Shown: positions 1-11,996 of the stretch, in pieces
Numbering within the stretch: the stretch's first letter is position 1
Layout: every line of letters begins with the position of its first letter
Assembly (NCBI GenBank): GCA_009602735.1
Contig: WELA01003365.1
Span: 444,440-496,226, forward strand
Source of the DNA: Mesotaenium endlicherianum
Taxonomy: Eukaryota
DNA: 51,787 nt
Direction of reading: 5' to 3'
Notes under the pieces: model-generated
What the model saw: only the letters and a program-made list of their open reading frames with translations
Database searches by the model: none
What the model was told of the DNA's origin: nothing
Translations under genes and position numbers: made by a program

Positions 1-614
1 TTCCCTCCACCCCCTCCCCCCCCGGCCATCAGAAGATGCTCCCTCTTTACAAGCTGGACCATCATCTCGGCTAACACTTCCAGCTGTACCAGCACGTATT
101 GCCGAGCTTTGCCACGTGCAAAGAAGTGGCCCAGCTGGGTCTGCTCACCAGCCACTGCAGCCTGCAAGCATCCTGTGCAATGTGGGCAGTGGCGACATAG
201 GCTAGCGCTGCGCGGGCCACACATACGAGATAGGTGTGGGCAGTGGACAACGAGACACACATTTGAGAAGTGGAAGACAGTTTTCCATCTCTCCGCCCAA
301 GAATTCCGGTGCTCACAGCGGACGTGCTTGAGATCTCTGGCACAGCTTTGACGGGCTCAGAGTCCCAATTGACGAGATTCGTAGAGTACACAATAACTTT
401 CCGCACGACAGGCTTCCTTCTCCGAGTGAAGCTAGTCTTGATGACCTTGTCCACTTGGGTCCTTATCCGTTTATCCACAGAGTCACAGATGGTGTATAGA
501 TGGTAAGTTCCGGCAACTCTTCATTTGAAAGTATTCGTGAATTCAGATTGACTTCTGAAAGGACCTTCCTGGCTGCACTTCTTCGAGGCTAGGCTAAAGT
601 CAGGTGCCACATAC

Positions 615-913
615 CTGCCGACACAGAAAGTAATGGAGGCAGCCAGAAGTTTCGCAGCCAGCACGCAGGCTACTCCCTGGCTCAAGCCAAAGAGAACGCC
701 AGCGGCTGCCTCAAACCCAATTGCGTACGGAAAGCAAACTGAAATGGCTAAGCTGTGAACTAAGACGAACACAGGGACGGCCCAGGGACCGAGGGTCACA
801 ATCCAGCTCTGGACGTCATTGACATAACCCTTTGCATCTTCCTTCGAAATTGAACAGAAAAGCGCAATTGCGATGCCACCTAGTGCTACCATGAAGACCT
901 GAAGCCATCTCAT
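615..913 (-). CDS. TVP38/TMEM64 (SNARE-associated Golgi protein, VTT/DedA family), first coding exon; rest of gene not resolved
   Basis: ATG at 913 gives MRWLQVFMVALGG...LGPWAVPVFVLVHSLAISVCFPYAIGFEAAAGVLFGLSQGVACVLAAKLLAASITFCVGR, typical of the plant SNARE_assoc family. The exon ends at AG|GTATGT (donor at 614). Confidence 0.8.
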
Positions 914-1844
914 ATTAGAGAAAAGGATGTACAACAACACCTCGCAGCAAAATATTGTGGTTATTATCCAACAAACTTAAGAACCAATTAATATCAGCTG
1001 TCTACGCAAGAGTAAGAATTCAAGCTGAAGTGTCCTGGTGAGTCCTATGCCTCCAATTCTGAATCAATTATTCGCATAAGTTCCTTGAGCCGCCTTACAA
1101 ATTTCTTGAAATGGATGAAACCCGCAAGTGCACAAACTTAACTTGTTAAATGCTCCCTTCCCAACTTCGATGTCTTGCACTGTCTTGCACTGCCTTGGAA
1201 CTGCTTGGAACCACCTGACACACATGGAAGACGACAGTAGACCAATCATAGGATATGGTGCGAGCCATCGTCGTCACCCAGACCAATCACAAACGTGATC
1301 AACGACATCAAGAAGTCAACGTCGGTTATGGCCGGAACGCATGTTTTAACTGACGCTAAAGATGTCAATTAATGTCATAGAAACATGTCGATGCCAAGTG
1401 CCCAGATGTATACGTAAGCACCGGTGTCGTGTGGAGCCTGGACTCTGGCACCATCAGCTACTCTTGACGATGTTCACGGACCGTGGTAATGGCGTAACGT
1501 TCGGGGAACTGTGAGACTGCATGTAAGACTGTCTCGCGCTAATGAAGTTTTTTCTGCTCTCTTTTAGGGGACTGAGGTGGCGAGTTTAATTTCTTTGAGG
1601 TCATGGAGATGGTAGTTTGTGGAGTGTGACCTGCATCATCTTGAGTGTAGAGTTAGGAAAAGACTGCTGGTTTTATGGCTGGCTACTAAATTAGGCGGCT
1701 TCCAGAGTCAGGGTCTCAAGGACGGATCTTCTGATATGCTGGTTAATTCAGTTGCTATATTGTAGATTGTCACAATCATCATACTGAAGTGTCACATTTT
1801 GCTCCTGAGATACCCACTTTGTTGTCTAGATAACATTTGTCAGC

Positions 1845-4800
1845 ATGGTAACGAAGGCTGAGGTCAATTTCCAGAGGTTATTGAATTGCTGCGAGAAGCA
1901 GGCGTCCGAAAAAAGTCCCGACGAACTGAAGTATGATGCTAAATTCTATGCAGTGAGTTACCAACTTCGCTGGAGAACCATCAAGACTGGCGAGCTGCAG
2001 ATTGGCTATAGTCATCATGCTTGTGCTGCGTAGAAGTCATATGTTATATAGCATCAATATCTATGAAAGTTTGGCAGAGTCTTAATTTTAGGTTTAGAGT
2101 AAGAACTATCTGTTCTTTTTCAGGTATTGAAGCAAGCATAGCCACAACACACTAGCTATGTCAGTAATGGTGATGACTAAGCACAATTGGACTATATACT
2201 CATTCAAGCTATGTCATGGTCATCATCGTGCACCCATCGATTAGCCCTAGGTCAAAATCGACAGGAGCAGGCATCTTGACATTTGAGCTCCTTTTTCACG
2301 CTGCAGTACGTCTCGGTGCTGCAAGAACAGCTGACTGCACTTCAAGGGGGAGGAATTCAACGCACCCTTCCCAGGTAGGACAGGGTCTCCGCCGACTCGG
2401 GTATGTGAAGCTTTCTGCTCAGAGTGGAAAAATTCATGCATTCGTGTAGTTCAGCTGATGCTTACCTGTTTCTGCTAGGTTACCCAGGAGGGTGCCCCTC
2501 AAATGCATGCCTGCACAAGAATCTATGAGACCGCACAAGTTCTGACCCATATCACAAGAGTGCATGGTATGTCTCAATATGCTTTTGCAATTTGTCGTGC
2601 TTAAATGGGAAAATGGCTTGAAAGTGATGGACTGTTACATTTTGCAAGAAAATTTATTTTGTACATGCACTTCATTGAAACATGTCAAAGTAATACCTCG
2701 CTTACGCTTCAATTTTAGAACCTAATATTTGTGAGGCTCAGCAGGTCCACGAGAGAGGTTGCTTTGTTGTTGAAAGGAACAGGGGATGAGTTGACAATAT
2801 GTGCCACTTGTCATTGTCCTTTTACCTTCTATAATGCACCACCATGTTGTGGTGCACTCTTTCTCGTGCTCTCGTTTTTGTTCTTGTTTCGTTCTGTCCA
2901 GCATAGAGAGTGACCGAGCTGCTGACTTTTGGAAACGCATTGATTCCCTCTCTCAGCTCGTTGACAAGCAAGCCCTTGTAAGGCTTCTGGCTCCTCCGAC
3001 CTTGTGATAGACACGCGCTGCAGCACGGAGTGACATTTTTTTTCCTCCTTATATGTCATATGAAAGAACTTATACACTGAACGCTCAGGACCTTCATTGC
3101 ACTGATTGACCTTAAGCAGATACCACGGCCTTGTTGGCGTGGGAAACTTTCTGCAACGTAGATTTGTTGTGATTTTCTTCTTTGTGTTCATCTGGCGGAC
3201 TCTTGATTTGGGAGCACACCTGAGCATATATTTGGGGTGCCGATGTTTGATTCCCCCTTACAAAGCAATGCCCGACAAAGCAATTCCTTAAAAAGCTTTT
3301 TTCTGCCAGTGAGGCAGTGGCTGACTGACTGCACACCATTTTCTACTTTGGCATCTCAGAAGTGCTTTTGCGTGGCATTTTGCTGTTTTTGTTTGAGTAG
3401 CGATCCTTATATGCCTTGCTTTCTTCATGTCTTCACATTCATTTCCCGAGTCGAGAAGCTGGCTACTCTTGCGATGATACGGCTTGTGCTTGCTTCTTCC
3501 TTCTTCCCATGTGCCCCTTGGCATTTTTCAGATTACCCCTCACAATGACGTCGTCAAAGAAGCATCTTGCAGCATTCAATGGGTCAAGCATAGATTCCCA
3601 CACTCCAGGTCTTACTCTCGTCTCTAAGTACCGTCTCCCCCTGAGTCGGTGCTCACATTTCTGTCGTTGCTTACCAGGCAGACATGAAGTGATGTTGCCT
3701 CCCTCCCTTCCCCCTCCCGCTCGAAGCGAGCAGGCAGGCCATGTGGCAGTTCTGAAACTACCAGGTACGCTTTTCAAAATCATGACAGCTGGAGCCCTTG
3801 ACGAGGGTTCGTGTCGTTGTCTCACAGCTAGCAGCAATGCGTGGGTGGGAACTGGCCAGCCAGGCCTGTGGCAGGTCCGTCCGAACACAGCCGAGTATCA
3901 ACTTCATCCGACGGTAGAGACAGCTTCTTCTGCTGGCGGTGGCCACACAAACTTCTCCACAAAGAGAAGAGGAGGCTATGACACCGTTGGGGGGGGCTTC
4001 GAGTCTGCGGCAGCTCCACCAAGTGCCAGGCGACGAAGCAAGTGCGTTCATGCTGCCCCCACTTTTCTGATGGTTGACTTAGCATGCAAGGGCGAGATTC
4101 CACGCGTCTGTGTAAATTTTTGTCCAAGTCTTTGATTCATGTGCTACCTCCCCTGTAATGGTCTGTGCTGCTTCGCACGGCGCAAGCAGCATCTGCCGCA
4201 TCCAGTCGTCTCTCTTGTGCTGCTCTAGTGTATGCCCTCTTGGGGCATACGCGGCTGTGGTGCAATGTTGAAGATGCCTCTGTGGGCAGCAGGGGAACTG
4301 GTAGTGGGAGGGTGTGGGTGGGTATGCACATAAAGAAGGACCTGAAACCTTCAGGTCTTTTCTGCGTAGTACTTTGCACTTGATCATGTGCTCGAGGAGC
4401 ATCGACATTCACAGGCATGCCCACGCTATTTTGTCTCTTCCCGGCATATTAACTGCTGCTTATGCATGCTCCCATACTGCCCCTCGATGGCCCTCCCCAC
4501 CAACGTCTTCAAACCCCCCCCCCCCTCCCCCTCCCNCCAGCAGTGTACCAAGTAGAGACACAGCGGCAACTGAAACGGCATGGAGTAGCGGCAACAGCAG
4601 GGAGCGCCTGCAGCTGGATGATTCAGCCAGAGCTCTAATTGATAAGAACAGGTATCTCTCCCCCCCCCTTCCCCCCACACCCTCCCGCCCCCCGGATTTT
4701 CCTCCTGGGGAGCACAATTTGAGCAAGACAGGAGTATGCCTCATAGTGGTTAGGGAGGTACAATGTGTGTGCCTGAAGGTGATGGTCATACTGATTGCCT

Positions 4801-5714
4801 GTGCATGCACCATGTGAGTCATGGACAGACACGTTCATGTATGTGGACTTACGTCAAGGCCAGATGTGTCCAGGCTTCAGATGAGGAGTTTGCAAGACAT
4901 GGCGCTTTTGAGCAAGTCTTGGCGAGTCTTGGCAAGTCTTGTCCCGCCGGTGCCTCTTTGCAAGCTTGCAGCATCAAGTTTGCAAATTGTTTGTGAGAGG
5001 TCGTACCTTCATGTGCTGACATTGTGGTGTAGGAGTCAGCGTGCATTACCCCCACGCAGCTGTCCTAATGTTCTTTCGACTCTGGGTTAGTTGCACGCAT
5101 ACTGCCCCTCACCTGCGTGTTGCGTGGAGGGGAGCAGGGACCTGCAGGAGGCAATCACGGACGACATGCTGGGCCTGATGGGGCAGCTCAAAGCCAACGC
5201 CCTCCTTGCAAACGCCTCCCTACAAGACTCTGAGAAGGTAGAGCAGCTCGCATGCGCCATTCTGTTGTTCTCAGACACCCCTCTTGATGCTCTTCACTCA
5301 GTCAGTTGCTTGTTGTGTTGGTTCTTTAATTCCACGCCAGGTTTTTGAATCTAAAATCTAATTTTTCTTTATTACAGAAGTTGAATAACTGAACCTCATG
5401 TGCTGAGTATGGGCGATAGAGCATATGGCATGTGTGTACTGCTCAGTGGTCACCGTTCAATCAACTGCAAGATTATTTGACAAATAAGCTGCCGTATCCT
5501 GTGATTGAAGTGGTGCTTTGTTGGGGATGCATTTCAGGTGCTTGATCGGACGAGCATGGCAATGGAGCACAGTCTCGCCGGTACAAAGCATGCCAAATCT
5601 CGGGCTGGAAAGGTGAACTCGAGGGGCTGGTTTACAACTATCATTCAGTGGCTGTTGATCCTTTTTATCTGCTGGATGTTTCTAGGAATGATCCTTCTCA
5701 TTCGGATCACTTGA
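1845..5714 (+). CDS. USE1: USE1 Qc-SNARE (ER retrograde transport), 7 exons, ~268 aa
   Basis: Exons 1845-1952, 2307-2374, 2902-2977, 3875-4041, 4541-4651 (NAGNAG, alternative start 4544), 5138-5237, 5538-5714; all GT-AG and in phase. N-terminus TKAEVNFQRLL; SNARE helix LQEAITDDMLGLMGQLKANALL...VLDRTSMAMEHSL; C-terminal TM QWLLILFICWMFLGMILLIRIT. Exon 4 is the least certain. Confidence 0.88.
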
Positions 5715-6356
5715 GAAGAGCCACATGGTCTAGCCGTGAGATTCTCGAGAAGCCTTCTCGTGAAGACAATCCTAATGGTGGCGCCTGTCTGTATATGAAA
5801 TATAAATATGAATAAGAGATGCTGCTTCAGCTATGACGACGTGCATGATCCACTCCGTTTGCAATCTCCTTTTGTCCAAGTGGTAATGGGTAAAATCCCA
5901 TGGCTTGTTTAGAGTGTATTGGGCTACTCCTATCTAGGTTTATTAATTGTGCTTATTAATTGTGCTGGGAATATGCCATATTGGTTTTTGAAAACTTCGT
6001 TGGTCAAGTTACAACCTGTGAAATGATTGTACCCACAATGATCGCACCCGCATTCAATTGGATGTTGTAAGTGTATGACGTCTGATAATTTTGGTCGCAA
6101 AGAAAGATACTTAGTATGTTGGTGAGTTTACGTCCACCACCCCCCCCCCCATATTCTTTATCAAAAGAGGGCATATTGTAAGGCATCCAAGTCTGCCCAA
6201 ACTGAATATCTCAAGACAGAAAAGCGCTTTGCTCTTTGGGAAACGAAACTTTAAATTGGACGCCTCAATCTTAGACAGAATTGGTCGAGACCAGTCGAGG
6301 CTCGAGAGTCGAGACCGCCTGCAATCTTCACTCTAACGAGGTCGCTATCAGGTCGC

Positions 6357-6365
6357 TATAAAAAA
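6357..6365 (+). promoter_or_regulatory. Putative TATA box for the NDUFS5 gene
   Basis: TATAAAAAA ~270 nt upstream of the ATG at 6628, directly after two AGGTCGCTAT copies. Confidence 0.35.
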
Positions 6366-6627
6366 GAGAGGCAAAGGCTCTTTTTGTACGAGTTCTCCAC
6401 CATTTAATATTGCATTCTTCACGAAGAGATTTTCGTAATCTTCGTAGCTCAATCGCGACAAGTTCCCGATACCTAGCGTCGAGACATTCAGCCAGGCAAT
6501 TCGTTTACATGACACACATGCAGCAGTTTTTCGATCCTCGGTGGTAGAATCTAGCTAGCATCCTGTTCCTCATGAAGGCCCTTCAGCTTTGATCTTGGCG
6601 AAAGGTGATCTCGTGAGACATAAAAAT

Positions 6628-7125
6628 ATGGCTTCTGGTTTCGGCATACACGGCGGGAAGGGTAGATGCTACCCAGTGTGGATGGACTTCTCTCAGTGTA
6701 TGTCGCAATGTGAGGAGCCCAGGGAGTGCGCAAAGCTCAGGGAGGATTACTTTGAGTGCTTGCACCACAGGAAAGAGGTGAGCCTTATTTAACTTTTATA
6801 CGCACATCCCAAGAGCGGTGTTATTTCCAGCTCCTTCTAGCAGGGTAAATATAGCTAGACATAGTATACACATTCCTTGCGAGGAAAAGCGATACACCGG
6901 TTGACTCCTCATGCTTTCTCTTATGGGTCTCTTGGTTCATCGGTTGCTTGGGATTTACTTCGTCCAGCTTAGAGATCTACCTACCCACTTGATTAATTTC
7001 ATGTGCACTCTTGCCCATTTGTTTCCTGATTGCAGTTCTCTCGAATGAATGCCATCACCAAGGAGAGGGAAAGGCAAGCATTTCTAGAGAAAAACCCACC
7101 ACCAGAGAAGGCTGGACATCATTGA
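6628..7125 (+). CDS. NDUFS5: NADH dehydrogenase (ubiquinone) iron-sulfur protein 5 / complex I 15 kDa subunit, 2 exons, 79 aa
   Basis: Exons 6628-6777 and 7036-7125. [64 protein letters not shown]...; twin CX9C motif and plant-type N-terminus. Confidence 0.92.
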
Positions 7126-7568
7126 CATATTCCATTGACCCCGCCTGTAGTTTGCTCATCGACGTTTGCTTATCAGGTTTAGGTCGACTGTAGCCACATG
7201 CTCATTGCTACTTTCAGATGTTGTTTTTGATGGTGCAAGCGCGAGTAAGGACACCTTTAGTCAGAATATCAAAGAACGTTGGCACACGCAATGCAGAACC
7301 CAAGGTTGGCCCATTGCCAGGCTGAAAAGTTCCTGCCTGCAACTCCTGAAGTAGCTTATCTTGAATCTCTCTGTTAGAAGTTCACGTTCGACATGTTGAC
7401 GAAGCCCTCCAGAGCAGCTGTATAATTCGGGTAGGTTCTATTTACCCATCAGAAACTTTCAAGTACAAAGTCATCACACATTCTAGTGCAGTCAGGAGGA
7501 TTGCTAGGGTATCCTGTACTCGTTCCCTGTAAACTTGGTATTCATACTTAGGACCATTCAGTTGGTCT

Positions 7569-7657
7569 CTTTACCCTTCGAGCAGTCTGTCATTTTGCTT
7601 CGTACTTACTGCACTTTATCCTTTGAGCAGTTTGTCATTTGGTTCGTCCTTACTGCA
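7569..7657. repeat. Imperfect tandem duplication, 2 x ~45 bp
   Basis: CTTTACCCTTCGAGCAGTCTGTCATTTTGCTTCGTACTTACTGCA (7569-7613) followed by CTTTATCCTTTGAGCAGTTTGTCATTTGGTTCGTCCTTACTGCA (7614-7657). Confidence 0.85.
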
Positions 7658-9503
7658 TGAAGAAGTGGAAGTCGTTGGATGGTTGATAGATGCTCTTGTA
7701 TGGGTGCTGGCTTTGACACTAATCTCCCCGCCCCATAAATTAAGCTTGCTTTTCTCTAAGCATGGCATTAGGGTTTAAAAATTCCTTTGCCGCTGTGCTC
7801 GTTAGCTTGTTCATCTGATGATGGTTCTTTGTATCATATTGTTTGTTGAGGTTAAGTCCAGTTCTGAATACTAGATACTTTTACACCAATTGATAGCATC
7901 TTATGCAGTTCAGAGCTGAAGCTTGGTTGAACAAGTAGTCTGTTGACGGTCACAGCTTTTCAATATTTTGAACACGGTACTTGGGCTGCTTCATCAAAGG
8001 GGGACGAAACTACAAATCTCGGCCTGTCATGACCAAGACTGTGCCCGGTGGCTTACTATGGTCATGTGGCACGTTCTTCTTAGTGTTGCCCTTGTAGCAG
8101 CTGAAAAAGGCAAACCAGGTGTCTAGGATAGCCGCCGAAATTGTTGGAAATTGTGGAAGAAGGGCGTGGGTGCTAGCAGCAGAAGCTAAAAGAGAGTGGA
8201 AGAAGTTTAGCTGCTGGAAGGCAGGGGAAGTTTGCTGCAGGTGCAGGCGGCAGGAATACGACTTGTGCAGAGGAGATTGCAACATGCACAGGGAACAAGT
8301 GGCGGCAGGACTTGTCAGAAGCGAGCTGGCGCTGAGCCTTAGAAGGTGGATGCACGCTCTGTGCCAGTACAGCAGCTGGCCACCACTTCCCTTAGAGGCC
8401 ATGTCTGCATGTCTATTTGCAAGGGGTAGAGAATCGTTTGAGGCCAGTGTTGTTGCAACTGTAGACATCACTCCTGGGCGTCATAGGCTTTGGAAATGGG
8501 GACTAAAGCGACAAGAGTAGGCAGAGGAGATGAGCAGCTGCAATATCATACCCTATATCAGACACTCTCAAAACCATGCAGACCTACTGGCGCGAGTTTT
8601 ATTGTACATGAAGCCTCTTCATCCAACCCCCTGCGCGTGGCGTACTAATGGTCAAATGTGAGCACGGCAAGTGTAGGATGAGAAACCAGCCAGAGTGAGC
8701 ACCCCTTGTCATCAGTTGATTAGAGCTGGCCCTTGATAGAGTAGGCGGCGTGAGGGGGGCCCTTTGTCTTCGTGGGCTTCATAATCCGCTGCTTCTGGAG
8801 GTAGAAGACATCACATGGTTCCTCATAATTTGCAAAATTAGTGGGAAGGGCCTCCTTGTTGAAACAATCTGGTTTCAGCAAGGCACATAAGTAGGAAATG
8901 GACACATGAAATTGAAAGCTCCAAAGCCCTGAAGTCAGTATTTTATAGAATGCAGTCACATTGTCGCACCAACTCACTCCGAGCCCTTTCGGCTCAGCCT
9001 GAGACGCAGTGCCTGAATTTTGGTTATTAACGTGTCAATAGTAGATGCTTCTGAGAGGGTAGTCACAGTAGGGACTACAGCTGATGCCTAGGCCCCCCTT
9101 CACTATCTGCAGCTAATTCCTAACTGGTCCTCACAAGGGAGGCATCTTATTGCTTGCTTTGAAGACTCATGCGGTGTAACAAAATCTGATAAAATGAACC
9201 ATACACTAATCACACATTGGCAAAAAATATTGTGAGCCCACATTGAGTGTTTATAAGAGATGGACTACAGGCTTATTGGGCCAATAAATGTGCACTTATA
9301 GTGCTTAGACCAGCCCCTCATATTGCGGACATGTAACATATGAAAACACTGCACCTCCAATCTCTATTAGCCTAATTCCTTCAGCGTGCCAAGAAACCAT
9401 CTCCCTACATATTTACAAGTACGATTCTTCATCAAAATCTTGCATCTTCAAAACCAGAGCACAAATTCTGTTCCAGTGGAGGATCCAGGTGAGATTTTAC
9501 ATC

Positions 9504-10691
9504 TTACTCCGCGCAGCAGATTTCAGAGGAAGCTGCTATGGTGTTCCTCGTGATGCCAAAGAAGAAGTAGCCACATGCCAAGCCGAAAACAACAGCCAGA
9601 AACAGGCCACCGTTGAAGGTCATGACTATGAGCATGATGATGTAGCTGCAGGCTGCATTCACTGCATAGAGCGACGTCCCAATCGCCTTGTGCAACGACG
9701 TCAGCTGCTGGCCATCCATGTCCACTCTGTCACACCCATGGCCCACAAGAAAGCGCAATTAAGCTCCACAAGCTGTTGACCAAAGTGAACGATAGACATT
9801 CACATTCCCCAACCAGAACAAATGCAGTTCCGGCAAATCAACAATCTTGCCCTCTGTGCGGCTATCTTTTGTCCTGGGCTCTTGAGCCATTCCTGATTGT
9901 GATTAAGCTGATCACTCAGCCAGCCGAGGACGAAGCTATGAAGACGAAGCACTAGTATCGCACCCTCACAGCCGGATATTGCGCAAAAGATCTGCAATGG
10001 GGGCAGTAAGAATCGAAACATCAGAGAAAAACTAACGGCATGATCATGTGCATCCGCGATACTGCATCCTGCCAATGGAATGCCTTCACAGCCTACTGGC
10101 TGAGCTGGCCGCAGAAACATAATAAGTTAGGTGGAGCTGGCCAATACTCATTTTCTGGCAACACAGTAAGGTGCTTAAACAGGGCTCGCTCTAGATGTAC
10201 AATCCCCTCATTCAAGCTTCCTTTAATAACAGAAGCAAAAAGATGCAAGGCCTTCTTACACCGACCACCCAAAGAGACATAGCACAACCAGCAGTAGAAG
10301 AAAGGGTCTTGACTACCGCTGCCCTCGAGTCACATTGGAACAGCATGTATAGCAGCACATATACAGCACGTTTGAAAATGCATAAAAGTAGGACGTGTTG
10401 GGAAAGTTCCACTCATAAGCAGGGTGGGGTGGGCATGCAAGCAGGAAGGCAGGCAGGAAGGGGAAGCACTGACAGAGGAATGGTAGGGTCATCTCCACCA
10501 TGGGAAGCGAACCTCTTCTTGCTCCTCTTTGATGCCAGGAACTGTAGCCTATATGTAGTCAGCCACTCGTGGAGCATGCAGAAGATGAATGTGACGATCA
10601 GGGCCGTCAAATAGGAACCCCACGTCGTGGTTGACCATGACTTGAGCAGAATTGTGGCATCCTTGCCCCAGTATAAGGTCATGTGCATCAT
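9504..10691 (-). CDS. COPT/Ctr high-affinity copper transporter (COPT5-like), 2 exons, ~146 aa
   Basis: Exons 10691-10474 and 9726-9504 (phase 2, GT-AG). MMHMTLYWGKDATILLKSW N-terminus; MxxxM (MLIVM) followed by TFNGGLFLAVVFGLACGYFFF (GxxxG). The start may extend upstream. Confidence 0.9.
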
Positions 10692-11996
10692 CCTGCCCCG
10701 CTTCTTGGGCTCCTCCCAGGTAGCTGAGGTCACTGAGGTAGCTGCAACGTGGGCAATTAAAAGGTTGACTTAAATCATTGGCACGTAAGGCCATACGAAT
10801 GACCACGAAGAGTGGCACGCCCGCCATTACACGTAACGCTGACTCTTTGTAAGAGTAAAGAGGTCAAGTACCCAGCCTCTGACATCACCCAGTCAGCTTC
10901 AATCAGAAACGACGGAGCTGGTCAAGTATGACTAATTGCCACAACTCTGTTGATAAATTCCGTGAACCTCCATCGGCTTTTTCCTTAATACTTCCGGGGA
11001 TGTACGAGTGCAATAATACAATCAGCGAGAATCACCGACGTGGCACTTAAACAGCCTCCAATTCTTGCATCCACAAATGATGTTTTCCTACTCCTGAGTT
11101 GGAAAACATGAACAGATAGAGGTAGAGAAAGGACATAGCGCCCGTGCTAGGCTTCCCTGGTTGGCTAGGACAAGGACTCCCCAAAGCAGCCAACCTTTCC
11201 ATACGTAGATATATTCATTTTAGACTGATGCAATACTCTCATGTGGTCGAGACATGGCAAAGTGGAAACATACCTTGTATACAATGCTGTTTTCTATGTC
11301 CGCCCAGCAGACGAAACTTCAGAAGATGCCGTAGTTTGGAAACTAAGAAACCCGATGTAGTGAAGCTTGCTCTAGCTGTCAGGCGCGGACGTGTATACTA
11401 GACACTCGCCTGCAAAGACGTAGTTTTGTACAAAAACTGTATAAGAGCTGTGCACGGGGTGTATTGTTCGCATTCAATTTGGCGTGTGGTAACGAATGTG
11501 AGACGTCTCCATTGGACACCCGGTCGCTGAAAAGGACAGCTAAATCCAGGGACGTCTTCGGGTGTCGTTAATACCTTCAAGTTACGACTTCGAAATTCCC
11601 GCGCTAATTGTTCCCTCCCACTCACTCCCACTTCAACGACTGACCGGTCCGAGCAGTCGAAATCATTCATTGAGTACGAGGTGACCATATATGGGATGCA
11701 TGGCTATAGCTTGCATTCTGAAAGGTCGCTTCGTATGTACTTCTCGTTTCCCCGTTAAGCTTCTTCCTGGACAATATTGTGAAGTATGTGTAGCAACTTC
11801 TAAGACCTCTTTCTCGCATAATTGGATGGGACATATACACGTAGTGATGAAATCTAGCGATAAGGTTGACAACTGAGCTGAGTCTCGCCGCTTACTACTG
11901 TATCAAGGCGCACCTTGCTGCAAGAGAGATTCTAAAAGAGTCGTATATCTGAATAACAGAGTGAGAAACAATTTTGTACGCTGCTGGAAGCATACA

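Noticed and set aside
3416..4135. 239-aa ORF within USE1 read as a separate gene
   Set aside because: Only 3875-4041 fits as USE1 exon 4; the rest is intronic with no recognisable motif.
7569..7657. Repeats here and at 37022 and 38242 as CRISPR-like arrays
   Set aside because: Only two copies each, no unique spacer series, no cas genes, eukaryotic context.
8979..9030. GAGCC-CTTTC-GGCTC hairpin followed by an Sm-site-like AATTTTGG
   Set aside because: No recognisable U snRNA sequence around it; too short to support a call.
10860..11980. GTAC cores (CuRE, SPL7/CRR1 sites) upstream of COPT at ~10868, 11002, 11428, 11674, 11737, 11976
   Set aside because: About 6 in 1.1-1.3 kb is close to the chance expectation for a 4-mer; no enrichment shown.
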